This document shows, piece by piece, positions 50,110 through 57,365 of a DNA stretch of 64,000 nucleotides. Origin of the DNA: a virus; IMG/VR virus record IMGVR_UViG_3300046355_000213, positions 61,035 through 125,034 of that record. One strand, written 5' to 3'. The translations under genes and the position numbers were made by a program. How positions within the stretch are numbered: position 1 is the first letter of the stretch; every line of letters starts with the position of its first letter. The notes beneath the pieces were generated by a model. That model searched no databases and had not been told where the DNA came from. It was given only the letters and a program-made list of their open reading frames with translations.

Positions 50110-50375
50110 TACTCCTTCAAAGTCAGGATTTTCACTACATTCATTTGTGCATTGAGGATCTCTCCGTAAGTGTGGTGAAGTAGGTGATGCTTTACTGAGT
50201 TATTAAGTACCAGATTTTCGTTGCCCTCGTATACCAGGTCAGCTAGTTCAGCACATAATTCTTTTGCCCTGGCTACTTTAGGATCCCCCGAAGGATTGAA
50301 GGTGTATCCTACTAACTTTTGACCAAAGGTTGGTTGTGGTAAAGGTTCTAAATCAGTGTAAACTTGGTTTGTCAT
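50109..50375 (-). CDS. Acb2/Tad1-like helical hairpin protein
   Basis: TFGQKLVGYTFNPSGD...AKELCAELAD...EILNAQMNVVK; start moved to 50375 because the upstream extension overlaps tRNA-Cys. Confidence 0.5.
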   Translation of the reverse strand: MTNQVYTDLEPLPQPTFGQKLVGYTFNPSGDPKVARAKELCAELADLVYEGNENLVLNNSVKHHLLHHTYGEILNAQMNVVKILTLKE

Positions 50376-50404
50376 AGTGTTGGTGTTTAGTATATGGCAC
50401 TTAG

Positions 50405-50477
50405 AGTAGGAAGACGGATTCGAACCGCCGTGCACCTGTTTTGCAAACAGAGGGCTAAACCGCTCACCCATTCCTAC
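50405..50477 (-). tRNA. tRNA-Cys(GCA)
   Basis: GTAGGAA/TTCCTAC acceptor, loop TTGCAAA, T-loop TTCGAAT, discriminator U. Confidence 0.9.
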
Positions 50478-50482
50478 TTGTG

Positions 50483-50565
50483 TTGAAAGAGAGGGATTCG
50501 AACCCCCGTACCCCGAAGAGAGCAGATTTACAGTCTGCCGGTTTTAGCCACTCACCCACCTTTCA
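50483..50565 (-). tRNA. tRNA-Tyr(GTA)
   Basis: GCAGA-CTGTAAA-TCTGC anticodon arm, long variable arm. Confidence 0.9.
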
Positions 50566-50600
50566 GTATCAAAACTTGCAGCTTTTACAAGTTTTGCTAG

Positions 50601-50682
50601 TACTCCCAGTCAGACTCGAACTGACACATCTTGCGACACCAGATCCTAAGTCTGGCGTGTCTACCAATTCCACCACGGGAGC
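50601..50682 (-). tRNA. tRNA-Leu(TAG)
   Basis: CCAGA-CTTAGGA-TCTGG anticodon arm, Leu-type D loop and variable arm. Confidence 0.9.
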
Positions 50683-50685
50683 AGT

Positions 50686-50811
50686 TAAAGAGACTGCGGG
50701 TCTTTCAAGGTTTCTGATTAGCCTGATTTTACTTACACTTACTATAAACCTTTTTTCAGTGTAATCACCATTATCAGAGGTGTGCTAACTACAGCTTCAA
50801 CCATCTCTTTA
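50686..50811 (-). ncRNA. Candidate 6S-like rod-shaped ncRNA between tRNA-Thr and tRNA-Leu
   Basis: Nested pairings TAAAGAGA/TCTCTTTA, TCTGAT/ATCAGA, TTACACT/AGTGTAA around a large internal bubble. Confidence 0.35.
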
Positions 50812-50812
50812 G

Positions 50813-50886
50813 AGCTTCCTGTAGGATTCGAACCTACGACCACTTGATTACAAATCAGGAGCTCTGGCCAGCTGAGCTAAGGAAGC
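50813..50886 (-). tRNA. tRNA-Thr(TGT)
   Basis: CCTGA-TTTGTAA-TCAAG anticodon arm; canonical cloverleaf. Confidence 0.9.
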
Positions 50887-50951
50887 TTATGTCGCATATA
50901 TTAGACATTATGCCCAAAAACAGGGGTTAATGGCTAATATATTAATCATTG

Positions 50952-51022
50952 CACGTCCTAAAGGATTCGAACCTCTACCAACGGTTTTGGAGACCGCTAT
51001 GCTACCATTGCACCAAAGACGC
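50952..51022 (-). tRNA. tRNA-Trp(CCA)
   Basis: GCGGT-CTCCAAA-ACCGT anticodon arm. Confidence 0.9.
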
Positions 51023-51083
51023 GTACTCCAGTCTATTCCTGGATGTCAACTGCCTGCCTACTTTCGCGCTTGGACAGATTCAG

Positions 51084-51157
51084 TAGAGATAATAGGACTC
51101 GAACCTATGGCCACTGACGTATCAGATCAGTGCTCTAACCAACTGAGCTATATCTCT
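51084..51157 (-). tRNA. tRNA-Ile(GAT)
   Basis: CTGAT-CTGATAC-GTCAG anticodon arm. Confidence 0.9.
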
Positions 51158-51162
51158 ATTTG

Positions 51163-51248
51163 TAGAGAGTGAGAGGCTCGAACTCTCGCGGCTGTAACAC
51201 CCTACCTCGTTAGCAGTGAGGCCCCTTCACCAACTTGGGTAACTCTCT
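51163..51248 (-). tRNA. tRNA-Ser(GCT)
   Basis: CCTCA-CTGCTAA-CGAGG anticodon arm, long variable arm. Confidence 0.9.
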
Positions 51249-51254
51249 ATTTTG

Positions 51255-51329
51255 TGGAGACGGTGGGAGTCGAACCCACGTTACCGTGCTACCCGGTTTT
51301 AATCAGAAGCACCAAAACCCGTCATCCCC
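51255..51329 (-). ncRNA. Mini tmRNA-like RNA (tRNA-like domain only, G3:U70)
   Basis: GGGGATG/CGTCTCC-A acceptor, GTGGG-TTCGACT-CCCAC T arm, no D stem or anticodon arm. Confidence 0.6.
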
Positions 51330-51510
51330 TTAATTCAAACTTATAAGCCGGAGTATTAGTTCCTGTACCTACATTACCTGTTGTAGATATGGTTAATTTT
51401 CCACTGGCAGTAATGCGCATACGCTCTTCAGGCATCTGCCTTTTTTGCTCGGGTAATACACTCAAGGCTGCTAAAGCCCCCAGGTTTGATAAAAAGTTTC
51501 TTCTCTTCAT
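51322..51510 (-). CDS. Small protein: twin-arginine-like signal plus one tail-fibre repeat
   Basis: MKRRNFLSNLGALAAL; ERMRITASG...GNVGTGTNTPAYKFE resembles the repeats of the fibre genes. Confidence 0.5.
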   Translation of the reverse strand: MKRRNFLSNLGALAALSVLPEQKRQMPEERMRITASGKLTISTTGNVGTGTNTPAYKFELRG

Positions 51511-51526
51511 TGTTTACTACTTTTTG

Positions 51527-51671
51527 CTGTAGCGGAAGGATTCGAACCTCCAAGTGGACTTTAGCTATAGGACATTGCGCGCTATTTGTGGTCAACCCTT
51601 TATCCTACGTTTATCAGTAGCTCCACACCCCCGAGACAGGAGGGCACGTCTGCCAATTTCATCACACTACA
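51527..51671 (-). tRNA. Atypical tRNA-Asp(GTC) with 76-nt structured variable arm
   Basis: TGTAGTG/CGCTACA-G acceptor, CCCTC-CTGTCTC-GGGGG arm, GGAGG-TTCGAAT-CCTTC T arm. Confidence 0.75.
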
Positions 51672-51676
51672 GTATA

Positions 51677-52192
51677 CTAGGTATCGTACGCTAAATTCTG
51701 TCCTCCTCGAACCTGTGAGGACTGTTCTTCTTCTAAGTCTCTTAGTGTACCCTTGAAGCTTTGTCTGATCTGTTCAAACTTGGAAGCAGCATTTACAATA
51801 GCAGTAATATTTCCATCACGTCCATGCTCAATAGGTGTAATCTCCATATAGTGAGCCAAACGGTCAAGCATACTCTTCATACCAATATAAGCCCTGTATG
51901 TAGGCGTTTCATAGAGCTGTCTGCATCTCTTTAGTGCATAGATGATCATTTCATCCTCTGTAGAAAACTCAGCGGCAATATCCCTTAATATAAGGTCTTC
52001 CTTGTCCTGCTCTGGGGTGTCAAAGTATGGATTGAGATCCGGGCTAGGGCAGCTCATGTAAAACAGGTAGGTCATGATCTTTGTGGCCTCCTCTTTGTCG
52101 TAAGATTCCAGAATAGTATTTAGGAAGCTTAGCGTATAGCAATGCTCAGATGGCACTACTTTGCCACTAGCTATGTCAAATAATCTTACCAT
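51677..52192 (-). CDS. Conserved crAss-like protein (possible terminase small subunit)
   Basis: 171 aa helical, ends QVRGG; upstream of the terminase region. Confidence 0.5.
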   Translation of the reverse strand: MVRLFDIASGKVVPSEHCYTLSFLNTILESYDKEEATKIMTYLFYMSCPSPDLNPYFDTPEQDKEDLILRDIAAEFSTEDEMIIYALKRCRQLYETPTYRAYIGMKSMLDRLAHYMEITPIEHGRDGNITAIVNAASKFEQIRQSFKGTLRDLEEEQSSQVRGGQNLAYDT

Positions 52193-52701
52193 TAGTCCCA
52201 GTGCTTGTTATACTCCTCAAAGTAAAAAGTCAAATCCTGTGTCTGATCATCGTAATAATGCCCAACCACGTCACTTTTAAAATTACTTCCCAGATTTTCA
52301 CATAACGCTGTGGTGATTACCTGAGTTCCTTCTGGTAATAATTCTTTTAGCACTTGTGTAATCCACATGTAGTTAAATCCACGGATGATTCCTGCCTCAC
52401 AGAGCACCACATGCTTGTAGTTCTTTCTTGCTTCCTGAAACTTGACTCTAAGCCTGTATTCAAATGGAGAGAAATCCTGTTTAGGATAAGGAACCTCTAC
52501 GTGTTCTAAATCACACATCTCCCCTTCATGAGAAAGCTGATGGGCCATAAACATAGACACCATAGAGCTGTAATCAGGCGACACGTTGATCACCAGGGTA
52601 TTTGAAGCATTGACTTCCGGGTATTTTTTGTGGAGTTCCCCTGCTAATTTTTTTAGCAAGGTATATTCAAAATCACGGTCAATTAAATAGGGCTTTCTCA
52701 T
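52192..52701 (-). CDS. Phosphoribosyltransferase-fold protein
   Basis: HVVLCEAGIIRGFNY resembles a divergent PRPP-binding loop. Confidence 0.5.
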   Translation of the reverse strand: MRKPYLIDRDFEYTLLKKLAGELHKKYPEVNASNTLVINVSPDYSSMVSMFMAHQLSHEGEMCDLEHVEVPYPKQDFSPFEYRLRVKFQEARKNYKHVVLCEAGIIRGFNYMWITQVLKELLPEGTQVITTALCENLGSNFKSDVVGHYYDDQTQDLTFYFEEYNKHWD

Positions 52702-53534
52702 TTTTTGCTTTTCACAATCTTTTCTCTGAAGTCATGCAGGTAACTAATCATGTTAATCACCTCACTTTTCAGATATGGAACATCATACGGAATAACATCA
52801 GCCACAATAGGATCACCGTTGCAATCACGGGCGGCTATGGGGTTGTCGTACTTATCTTTACCGGCTTCTTCAAACTTGACGTGGTGCAAAGTCATTTGAC
52901 CTGGGTCCAGTTTATGGTTATGCTTTTGGATAATGTACATGTACGTAGAGAGCTGTAAGGCGTAGTGCATAAAATTACAGTCATCTAAATGAGCCAGGGG
53001 CCCCTTCATTTTCTGTGAAATACCTTCCCAGTTCTTAAAGCTCTCTGTTTTAATCTCTTTGTTGGTCTTGTAGTCCAGGATATTGATTTTGGAATTAACC
53101 ACATCCACGTAGTCACTCTGACCACAGATACCGGCAGACTTTAAAAACACCATGTGCTCAGGATAAACGCCATCTACAAGCTTCTGTGCAGGAGCATACT
53201 TGATGCCGTCAATCTCCACAGGTTTGAACACCGGTACTTCAATACCGTCTTTGGTCATCGTGCTTAGCTCACAGATATCACTCTCACGTTGATTGTGGTA
53301 CCAGGTACCCAATGTAGTGGCTCTAAGCGCTTCTGACTTCCAGGCATCCCGGATATCGCCAGGGGTCATACCGTACCATTTGCTTCGCTTGTTCTTGGCA
53401 CTCTTCTCAGACATGCTCTGTGCATCAAAAGGCTGCTTAAAATAACCTACCAGCGTAGTTACGCTTAGCCAGTTTATAGGCTCTTCATCAATGCTCTTAT
53501 ACTCGTGTTTGTCAGGTATGAAAATTATTGCCAT
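52698..53534 (-). CDS. PD-(D/E)XK exonuclease
   Basis: LSVTT, GTWYH, GQSD...ILDYKT, YALQLSTY motifs. Confidence 0.85.
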   Translation of the reverse strand: MAIIFIPDKHEYKSIDEEPINWLSVTTLVGYFKQPFDAQSMSEKSAKNKRSKWYGMTPGDIRDAWKSEALRATTLGTWYHNQRESDICELSTMTKDGIEVPVFKPVEIDGIKYAPAQKLVDGVYPEHMVFLKSAGICGQSDYVDVVNSKINILDYKTNKEIKTESFKNWEGISQKMKGPLAHLDDCNFMHYALQLSTYMYIIQKHNHKLDPGQMTLHHVKFEEAGKDKYDNPIAARDCNGDPIVADVIPYDVPYLKSEVINMISYLHDFREKIVKSKK

Positions 53535-53835
53535 GACTAAAACCTATTTGTTGTTTTGGTTTATCTATCCTCGTTAGTAATTCATCTATAGAATGAAAGG
53601 TTACATAAAACCGGGAGCTGAAGCGGTCATAGACCATGCTGCGCTTTTTATTTACCCGGTTATTCTTACCTACATATTCCTCTATAGAGGTAATGGCGTC
53701 TCTGTGAAACCATTTGCGTATGGAGATTTCTCTCACCAATACCTGACGCTCCTCAGGGAACTCATCCTCTCCATGTTTCTCATAGACCGTTTTGGTCTTG
53801 TAGATAGGATGTGATATGATGAGTTCAATCATCAT
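53512..53835 (-). CDS. Hypothetical protein
   Basis: Tightly coupled minus-strand operon gene. Confidence 0.6.
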   Translation of the reverse strand: MMIELIISHPIYKTKTVYEKHGEDEFPEERQVLVREISIRKWFHRDAITSIEEYVGKNNRVNKKRSMVYDRFSSRFYVTFHSIDELLTRIDKPKQQIGFSHGNNFHT

Positions 53836-54164
53836 TACATACCCAGTTTAATGTTTAAAGCATCTTCCTGTTCCTGGGTCATAACGGCCTCCCATTTTCC
53901 TTTGGGACAATCACTGGACAGTGATCTGGTCTTAAAACTCAGAGAGCATCCACATCCACCCCTGGTCTGGTCACAGCAAGGCTGCGTTCCAGGAGCCATG
54001 CAACCGGTACCTACAAAATCATAGAGGGTACAACCCTGGCAGATATTCATACGTACCTGAGCCACTGCTTCCACATCTTCTTTTCTGAAGATATTGTTGG
54101 TGATCCCTTCCAGGATCTGGCCTTTATTTTTCCAGATGGTTATCAGGTTCTCCTTGAGACTCAT
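53835..54164 (-). CDS. Cys-rich hypothetical protein
   Basis: RMNICQGC...CC...GCGC...CPKGKW. Confidence 0.65.
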   Translation of the reverse strand: MSLKENLITIWKNKGQILEGITNNIFRKEDVEAVAQVRMNICQGCTLYDFVGTGCMAPGTQPCCDQTRGGCGCSLSFKTRSLSSDCPKGKWEAVMTQEQEDALNIKLGM

Positions 54165-54531
54165 GTCGGTGGGTTTTAATAAACTCTTTTCGTTGCATCT
54201 CTACCTCAGCCAGCTTCTTGAGTTGCTTGAGGTCATAGATCTTCTCGGCATTCTTGTACCTGGCTGATATCTTCTGGAAACCCTGTTGCTGGTTCTTTTC
54301 TTCAAAGGTCTCCAGCCGTTCAATTTCTTTATCTATCAACCAGTGCTTGCAGGTAAAGTCGCCTAAGTTGGCCACATGGACCCTTATGTTCTTCATCCTG
54401 CTCAGGGATTCTCTCACAGTACTCCAATAGTGGGATGTGACATCCTCTATCAGCGTCTGGGATACCTGCAGCTGTAAAGCCAGTTGAGGTATCAGTTCTT
54501 TGGATTTTTTAGGACGTAGCAAGGGCGACAA
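54124..54531 (-). CDS. HU/IHF-like DNA-binding protein
   Basis: KELIPQLALQL...RVHVANLGDF resembles the HU fold. Confidence 0.55.
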   Translation of the reverse strand: MSPLLRPKKSKELIPQLALQLQVSQTLIEDVTSHYWSTVRESLSRMKNIRVHVANLGDFTCKHWLIDKEIERLETFEEKNQQQGFQKISARYKNAEKIYDLKQLKKLAEVEMQRKEFIKTHRHESQGEPDNHLEK

Positions 54532-54874
54532 ACTTGTAGTCTAACAATATATTCCCTTGGGTCACCATCTGGATAATAGGGTTTAGCATGATCCGTTTCT
54601 TGGTCTTACCATCCTTTACCACCAGGCTCTTACGCTCCGCTTTGTTGACGGCATTTCTAACCGTCTGTGGAGAGGAGAAGATACCTGCATCTGCACACTT
54701 GTTGCAGAACTCGGTAAGCTCTTGTTCTCCTTCCTGTGCAAGCATGGACAAGCATTCCAAATCTGATTCACTCACAGCAATCTTCTGCAGGTAACAGTGT
54801 GTCAGGATCTGGAACTTGATGCAGTCCCAGTATTCCATCCTGACCTTCTTTTCTACCTGGTTGAACGTTGCCAT
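54509..54874 (-). CDS. Putative winged-helix DNA-binding protein
   Basis: SPQTVRNAVNKAERKSLVVK HTH-like segment. Confidence 0.5.
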   Translation of the reverse strand: MATFNQVEKKVRMEYWDCIKFQILTHCYLQKIAVSESDLECLSMLAQEGEQELTEFCNKCADAGIFSSPQTVRNAVNKAERKSLVVKDGKTKKRIMLNPIIQMVTQGNILLDYKFVALATS

Positions 54875-55116
54875 TATCCTCGTTTCAATTTCTTACTGGA
54901 CTCTTCGGTCTCTGTAAGGGTATCGTCTTCCTTTGGTGGCTCCATCATCTGCGTTAAGAAAGCAATAGCTTTCACTTCCTCAGCTCTGGCACGTGCATAG
55001 TTCATGTTTAGCTCCTGGAGCTTTACACGCTTTTCCATGATTTCAATTTGCTCTTCTAAATGAGCCATCATCTGCTCCTTTGAGGGCATCTCTTGTTGTT
55101 GTTCTTCTTGGGACAT
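54874..55116 (-). CDS. Small coiled-coil protein
   Basis: 80 aa, coupled to the next gene. Confidence 0.6.
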   Translation of the reverse strand: MSQEEQQQEMPSKEQMMAHLEEQIEIMEKRVKLQELNMNYARARAEEVKAIAFLTQMMEPPKEDDTLTETEESSKKLKRG

Positions 55117-55128
55117 TGGATTGTTGGT

Positions 55129-55422
55129 TTATAGTTCTAAATCTTTATCAGTGTGGGTGGTGATCTTTAAACCCTTTGCTTTGGTCCAAAGATTAAACAC
55201 GCTATCATAGGGTACATCCACGGTGTATGTATCGCCTACTTTGGTGTATATCGTGGTACAGTAGTACAAAGGATCCAGGATCTCATCAATGGTCTGTTTA
55301 ATGGCACATACCTCCGTAAGGTCAATGGCAAACTTGATCCAACTGCCTGGATCCGGTAGGTTCAAATCCTCAGATTCTTCCTGGGAAATGGCATAGCAGT
55401 GTACGTTACATTGTAGTATCAT
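55129..55422 (-). CDS. Hypothetical protein
   Basis: First gene after the promoter motif at 55434-55448. Confidence 0.6.
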   Translation of the reverse strand: MILQCNVHCYAISQEESEDLNLPDPGSWIKFAIDLTEVCAIKQTIDEILDPLYYCTTIYTKVGDTYTVDVPYDSVFNLWTKAKGLKITTHTDKDLEL

Positions 55423-55433
55423 AGGATAGGCCC

Positions 55434-55448
55434 TCAGTAATAATATAC
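55434..55448 (-). promoter_or_regulatory. Late promoter motif variant GTATATTATTACTGA
   Basis: Repeat copy at the head of the late block. Confidence 0.6.
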
Positions 55449-55612
55449 TTAAAAAGTTTAAACTCTACAAATTTACTCACATTTATTGTAGAGGTGCAAG
55501 CATTACTTTTGCACAGGTGTTCATATTAACACCGCAGGTATATAATATATTTTACTGTAAAGGGAGGGAATAATAGAAAGGTAAGAGAGTAACTATCAAG
55601 TAACTAAATGTG

Positions 55613-55993
55613 CTACTCTCCCTGGGCCTCATCCTGGATAGCTTCATGGAGGTATTCAGCTACTTCTGGAGATATTTCGTAGACGTCCTGATTTATGTAG
55701 ATATGGCCTTTAAGGAATTTTATATAGTCGGCAATCAGGTACACGTAATTCATAACATGCCCACTGAGCTCATAGGTCACCTTAACCGGGATGGTATTGT
55801 ATTGCTTGCGTAGAATAATGCGGTGGTACTCTAACTGTTGCAAAGATTCTGAAAGCACCTTCACAGAACAATCCGGCAACCCTGCCTTTATCTGGGAGAA
55901 CCTCATAGGACCATCCTTTAAACTGTGTAGTATAATCACTCTCCATTTCCTACCAAATATATCAGCTCCATAGTGGGTAATTGCAGCATTCAT
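55613..55993 (-). CDS. HxlR-family winged-helix transcriptional regulator
   Basis: GRKWRVIIL...GPMRFSQIK...SVKVLSESLQQLE...IPVKVTYELS. Confidence 0.85.
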   Translation of the reverse strand: MNAAITHYGADIFGRKWRVIILHSLKDGPMRFSQIKAGLPDCSVKVLSESLQQLEYHRIILRKQYNTIPVKVTYELSGHVMNYVYLIADYIKFLKGHIYINQDVYEISPEVAEYLHEAIQDEAQGE

Positions 55994-56402
55994 TCTTATA
56001 AATTATAATAGTATCAACTGACAAAGTAATTGCATACAACTTGTATAGCTTATTGCATACGTTTACTTTTTTTTGTCTTAATACTAAGTGAGTAAGAAGT
56101 AACCTAGTTACCGTTTAGGGATTGGGTATCCAGGTGTTAGTGAGGTTAAACAGAAAGGAGTAGTTCTTGGTAGATGTAATGTACAACTATTCCTGGTATA
56201 AACACGCCCCCCTATGTATAACTTGTGCAGACACCCCCCCGGTAGTTCTCTAAATGGACCTGGTGTGTGTGGGAAGGGAATGGGCATGTTGCATATAGTA
56301 GGTTATGTAGGAGGCCACCTCCAACGACCCCTCCCTGTGATTGATGTGTAAGGTACCCCCTAGCGGTTGTGGGGTCACTAAACATACACATCACCCACTA
56401 CT

Positions 56403-56678
56403 ATGCTAAAATTCGTAGCAAGCAATGTAAAGAAAGTTGTTGCTCTGGAAGAGTCAACTTCACCTGTAACAGGTATCGCAGTATTCCAGGATGGTACGCA
56501 AGCTATGTTCTCTGTGGTAAAGCACCTCGAAGAAGATGGCACTCCCAAGTTCTTAACGGCTGATGACACGCTCAAAGCTGGCTGGAAGGTGGAGGGTGAC
56601 TGGTTGCGCGACCCTAACGCAGCACGTGGCGGCTTAACGCTGGCTACTGCTAAGCGCAGAACTATTGCGGACGAGTAA
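56403..56678 (+). CDS. Hypothetical early protein (first plus-strand gene)
   Basis: 91 aa followed by a hairpin and T tract. Confidence 0.65.
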   Translation: MLKFVASNVKKVVALEESTSPVTGIAVFQDGTQAMFSVVKHLEEDGTPKFLTADDTLKAGWKVEGDWLRDPNAARGGLTLATAKRRTIADE

Positions 56679-57072
56679 GCCCTAAGGGGCTTCTCGCCCT
56701 TTTAGCTCATTTAGCCTCAGCTTCCGTCAGCATATTACAAGTCCTTCAGGGCAGGTGTAGTACAGACTATGTCTGCCCTTTTACAAAGCTAATGTCAGGT
56801 GTGATTAGTGTCAATCACGGAATAGTACAACACATTTTAGTATAATCCCTGGGATTTCTCTTCCGGGTTCTTAAAATAGTACAAGAGTGTGTGTGTTAGT
56901 AAGAGTGTGAGACACCATCAACACCACTATCCTTTAACTCTCAGTACTCCTCTCAACATATCCCTCAAAAGCGGATTAGATAGCTATACACTGCATCTAA
57001 GCCCTTCATTGCATACAAACCTTAGTTTCACCCAACACCTCTGACAGTAGGTCCTCACTGTTCTCAGTCATT

Positions 57073-57294
57073 ATGGTAATCTCATACACCATGTCACTTG
57101 TTAATCATCATGCTATTCCTCAGATAGTAGATAACCTCTCTTTGCTTAAAGACAAGATATCTAATATCAAGGTTATAGAGTATTATTCTACAAGCCTTAC
57201 CATTAAGATGGCGCTCACTCGTGAGTTCACTCATGAAGAGCTTATTAGCCTTGGTGTTCTTATAGGTAATATAGAGAAACAAGCGGTTTCTTAA
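57073..57294 (+). CDS. Hypothetical protein
   Basis: Preceded by a repeated leader element, followed by a hairpin. Confidence 0.5.
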   Translation: MVISYTMSLVNHHAIPQIVDNLSLLKDKISNIKVIEYYSTSLTIKMALTREFTHEELISLGVLIGNIEKQAVS

Positions 57295-57365
57295 ATCATT
57301 CACCGGGCCCTTAGTGGCTCGGTTTCACCCAATCTCTGACTGTAGACAACAGTCGCAATCTATGT

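Noticed and set aside
51023-51083. Two small hairpins between tRNA-Ile and tRNA-Trp
   Set aside because: Stems of only about 5 bp; not enough to call an ncRNA without comparative data
50480-51172. Plus-strand ORFs 50480-50764 and 50930-51172, and the N-terminal extension of 50109-50471
   Set aside because: They overlap tRNA genes (antisense or read-through); not credible proteins
51552-51627. Group I intron or hammerhead ribozyme in tRNA-Asp
   Set aside because: Too short for a group I intron and not in the anticodon loop; CTGATAA does not complete the hammerhead CUGANGA/GAAA core
52698-53534. Cas4/CRISPR system
   Set aside because: Generic phage PD-(D/E)XK nuclease; no repeat-spacer array seen anywhere in the window
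946-55973. Numerous short plus-strand ORFs in the late block
   Set aside because: Antisense shadows of long, well-formed minus-strand genes
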